Assembly: GCA_002269645.1 (NCBI GenBank)
Contig: NIVC01000202.1
Location: 62,001-126,000, forward strand
DNA from: Macrostomum lignano
Lineage: Eukaryota
DNA length: 64,000 nucleotides
Direction of reading: 5' to 3'
Shown here: positions 61,334 through 64,000 of the stretch, piece by piece
Layout of the letters: the number at the start of each line of letters is the position of its first letter
Numbering within the stretch: position 1 is the stretch's first letter
Made by a program: the position numbers and the translations under genes
Notes under the pieces: generated by a model
Told to the model about the DNA's origin: nothing
What the model saw: the letters and a program-made list of their open reading frames with translations, nothing else
Databases searched by the model: none

Positions 61334-61590
61334 CGGTCGCTGCCCTTCAACGCACTGCGGAACGCCTGCGATATGCGACAGCCGCCTCCGCTCCCTCCGG
61401 TGCCGCCGACGCTGCCGCCGCCACTGCCGGCAGAATTTGCGCCACCGTGAAATCCTTGATGCCGGCGCTGAACCCGACCGTCGGCCACGCCGCGCCATCG
61501 ATCGGTTGGTTCCGATTTCGCGCCGAATCCGCGCCGTCCAGCTTCCTGACTGGCGGCGTCATCAGGTCGGCGTTGATTGCCGTCGAGATT
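61334..61590 (-). CDS. Penultimate Gly/Arg-rich exon of the same gene
   Basis: ctctctgcag acceptor; NLDGNQRRPDDAASQEAGRRGFG...GGSGGGCRISQAFRSALKGSDR; GTAGG donor in phase 2. Confidence 0.5.
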
Positions 61591-61829
61591 CTGCAGAGAG
61601 AAATTCTTTTCGGCCAGATAGGCCGCTTGAAGCTTGAGGCGCGTAAATCTGGAATTTACGTTTAGATGCGATGCACTTTGGTGACTACTTACAGTAAAGA
61701 AATACGAGTAGTACTATGATTTCGTGAACTTTTTTGTGACGGATTTCTTGTCAGAACGGCACACAGAGGGTTTCGATCGGTAATATTTATGCTGTCGATG
61801 ATATTCCTACGAGTAATAAACACGACTGC

Positions 61830-62507
61830 AGATTCAATAAACTCCACCGGATATTCCAATTAAACACGACCGGATATTCTAGATAAACATCACCTGATAG
61901 TAAAGCTAAACACTATCGGATATTCCAAATAAACACCACCTGAAAGTACCAATAAACACTATCGGATAGTACCAATAAACACTATCGGATAGTACCAATA
62001 AACACTATCGGATAGTACAAATAAACACTATCGGATAGTACAAATAAACACCACCTGAAAGTACAAATAAACACTATCGGATAGTACAAATAAACACTAT
62101 CCGATAGTACAAATAAACACTATCGGATAGTACAAATAAACACCACCTGATAGTACAAATAAACACTATCGGATAGTACAAATAAACACTATCGGATAGT
62201 ACAAATCAACACTATCGGATAGTACAAATAAACACCACCTGATAGTACAAATAAACACTATCGGATAGTACAAATAAACACCACCTGATAGTACAAATAA
62301 ACACTATCGGATAGTACAAATAAACACTATCGGATAGTACAAATAAACACTATCGGATAGTACAAATAAACACTATCGGATAGTACAAATAAACACCACC
62401 TGATAGTACAAATAAACACTATCGGATAGTACAGATAAACACCACCTGATAGTACAAATAAACACTATCGGATAGTAAAAATAAACACCACCTGATAGTA
62501 CAAATAA
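61830..62507. repeat. 23-bp minisatellite AAATAAACAC(TATCGG/CACCTG)ATAGTAC
   Basis: Two interspersed variants; degenerate left edge. Confidence 0.96.
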
Positions 62508-63027
62508 ATTTTCGAACAACTTGCTTAATACTTGTATAAGCCCTACATAAAATAATATAATACAGGGTATAATATAACATACCTGTCATGAAGTGTCACG
62601 CTGGTGCCTCTGCCCATGTTAAAGTATGTATAAGTCGGCCAGACCGCTTCTTCTTTGAACATTGTCTGCGAGCTAAATGAAATAACTTGCTAAAGAGATA
62701 ACAAATAAAGTTTTTTCAATTTTTTGACAGGGCAGGCTGTCAGGCACTTGCATCTTTTATTTTGTGCCACGATAGATAAAAATTATGTACATCTGCTGGG
62801 CTGATCAATGTACAATGCCGTCTGCCCCTCTGCCTCCTCTGCTCCACTCTGATTGGCTTAGAGAAATGGTCGCAGGCCTATTAGAAGTTTCTCACCCCTC
62901 ACAATATTGGTAATTGCTTTATTAGTGCAGTTCTGTCGGGTTGGGTGGGGGTTATTTTGACAACTTCATGAAATAATATTCGACTGACGCACAAGCATTG
63001 TAAAATAGGCAATTCAGAGGTTTGAAT

Positions 63028-64000
63028 ATTGAGAAATTCTCTATGGGTGCTTGACCAACTGTGAAATTTCCTTTGAGTGCTTGACCAAGCTGAGAAATTC
63101 CCTATGAGTGCTTGAACAAGCTGAGTAATTCTCTATGAGTGCTTGACCAAGCTGAGAAATTCCCTATGAGTGCTTGAACAAGCTGAGTAATTCTCTATGA
63201 GTGCTTGACCAAGCTGAGAAATTCCCTATGAGTGCTTGACCAACTGTGGAATTCCCTATGAGTGCTTGACCAACTGTGGAATTCCCTATGAGTGCTTGAC
63301 CAACTGTGGAATTCCCTATGAGTGCTTGACCAAGCTGAGAAGTTCCCTATGAGTGCTTGACCAAGCTGAGAAATTCCCTATGAGTGCTTGACCAACTGTG
63401 GAATTCCCTATGAGTGCTTGACCAACTGTGGAATTCCCTATGAGTGCTTGACCAAGCTGAGAAATTCTCTATGAGTGCTTGACCAAGCTGAGAAATTCCC
63501 TATGAGTGCTTGAACAAGCTGAGTAATTCTCTATGAGTGCTTGACCAAGCTGAGAAATTCCCTATGAGTGCTTGACCAACTGTGGAATTCCCTATGAGTG
63601 CTTGACCAAGCTGAGAAATTCCCTATGAGTGCTTGACCAAGCTGAGAAATTCCCTATGAGTGCTTGACCAAGCTGAGAAATTCCCTATGGGTGCTTGACC
63701 AAGCTGAGAAATTCCCTATGAGTGCTTGACCAACTGTGGAATTCCCTATGAGTGCTTGACCAAGCTGAGAAATTCCCTATGAGTGCTTGACCAAGCTGAG
63801 AAATTCCCTATGAGTGCTTGACCAAGCTGAGAAATTCCCTATGGGTGCTTGACCAAGCTGAGAAATTCCCTATGAGTGCTTGACCAAGCTGAGAAATTCC
63901 CTATGAGTGCTTGACCAAGCTGAGAAATTCCCTATGAGTGCTTGACCAACTGTGGAATTCCCTATGAGTGCTTGACCAAGCTGAGAAATTCCCTATGAGT
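63028..64000. repeat. 30-31 bp minisatellite GAGAAATTCCCTATGAGTGCTTGACCAAGCT (runs off the window)
   Basis: Tandem units, no spacers. Confidence 0.97.

Overview
Eukaryotic (animal) genomic DNA with GT-AG introns, GC-rich exons and very dense tandem repeats. Roughly 20 kb (~30%) of the window is mini/microsatellite by my estimate. Gene content and repeat style suggest a free-living flatworm such as Macrostomum; this is an inference, not verified. Genes in order: castor/CASZ1 zinc-finger TF (-, runs off the left edge; missed by the ORF track), an intronless secreted Cys-rich+LamG protein (-), LRRC23 (+, 7 coding exons), a DDAH homolog (-) lacking the catalytic His and Cys, an atypical Rab-like GTPase (-) with DTAGVE in place of DTAGQE, a probable Ubl-ankyrin-...-SUMO-like-domain gene (+, 7 exons, possibly two genes), BBIP1 (+), a 95-aa secreted 6-Cys protein (-), an innexin (-), and the 3' end of a possible CHTOP/ALYREF-like gene (-). 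Mobile DNA: two tRNA-derived SINE families (3 and 6 copies; one carries a MIR-like CORE domain), hAT-type elements with perfect 8-bp TSDs, a TA-flanked MITE and a decayed non-LTR retrotransposon fragment. The most interesting signals are the DDAH pseudoenzyme, the Ubl-Ank-SLD architecture, and links between mobile-element insertions and minisatellite origin: a SINE TSD overlaps the first unit of an array, arrays sit inside MITE shells, sibling arrays occupy different introns of one gene, and one intronic array repeats a consensus 5' splice site. Nearly all long ORFs in the supplied track are repeat artefacts. No CRISPR, rRNA or true tRNA genes were seen.
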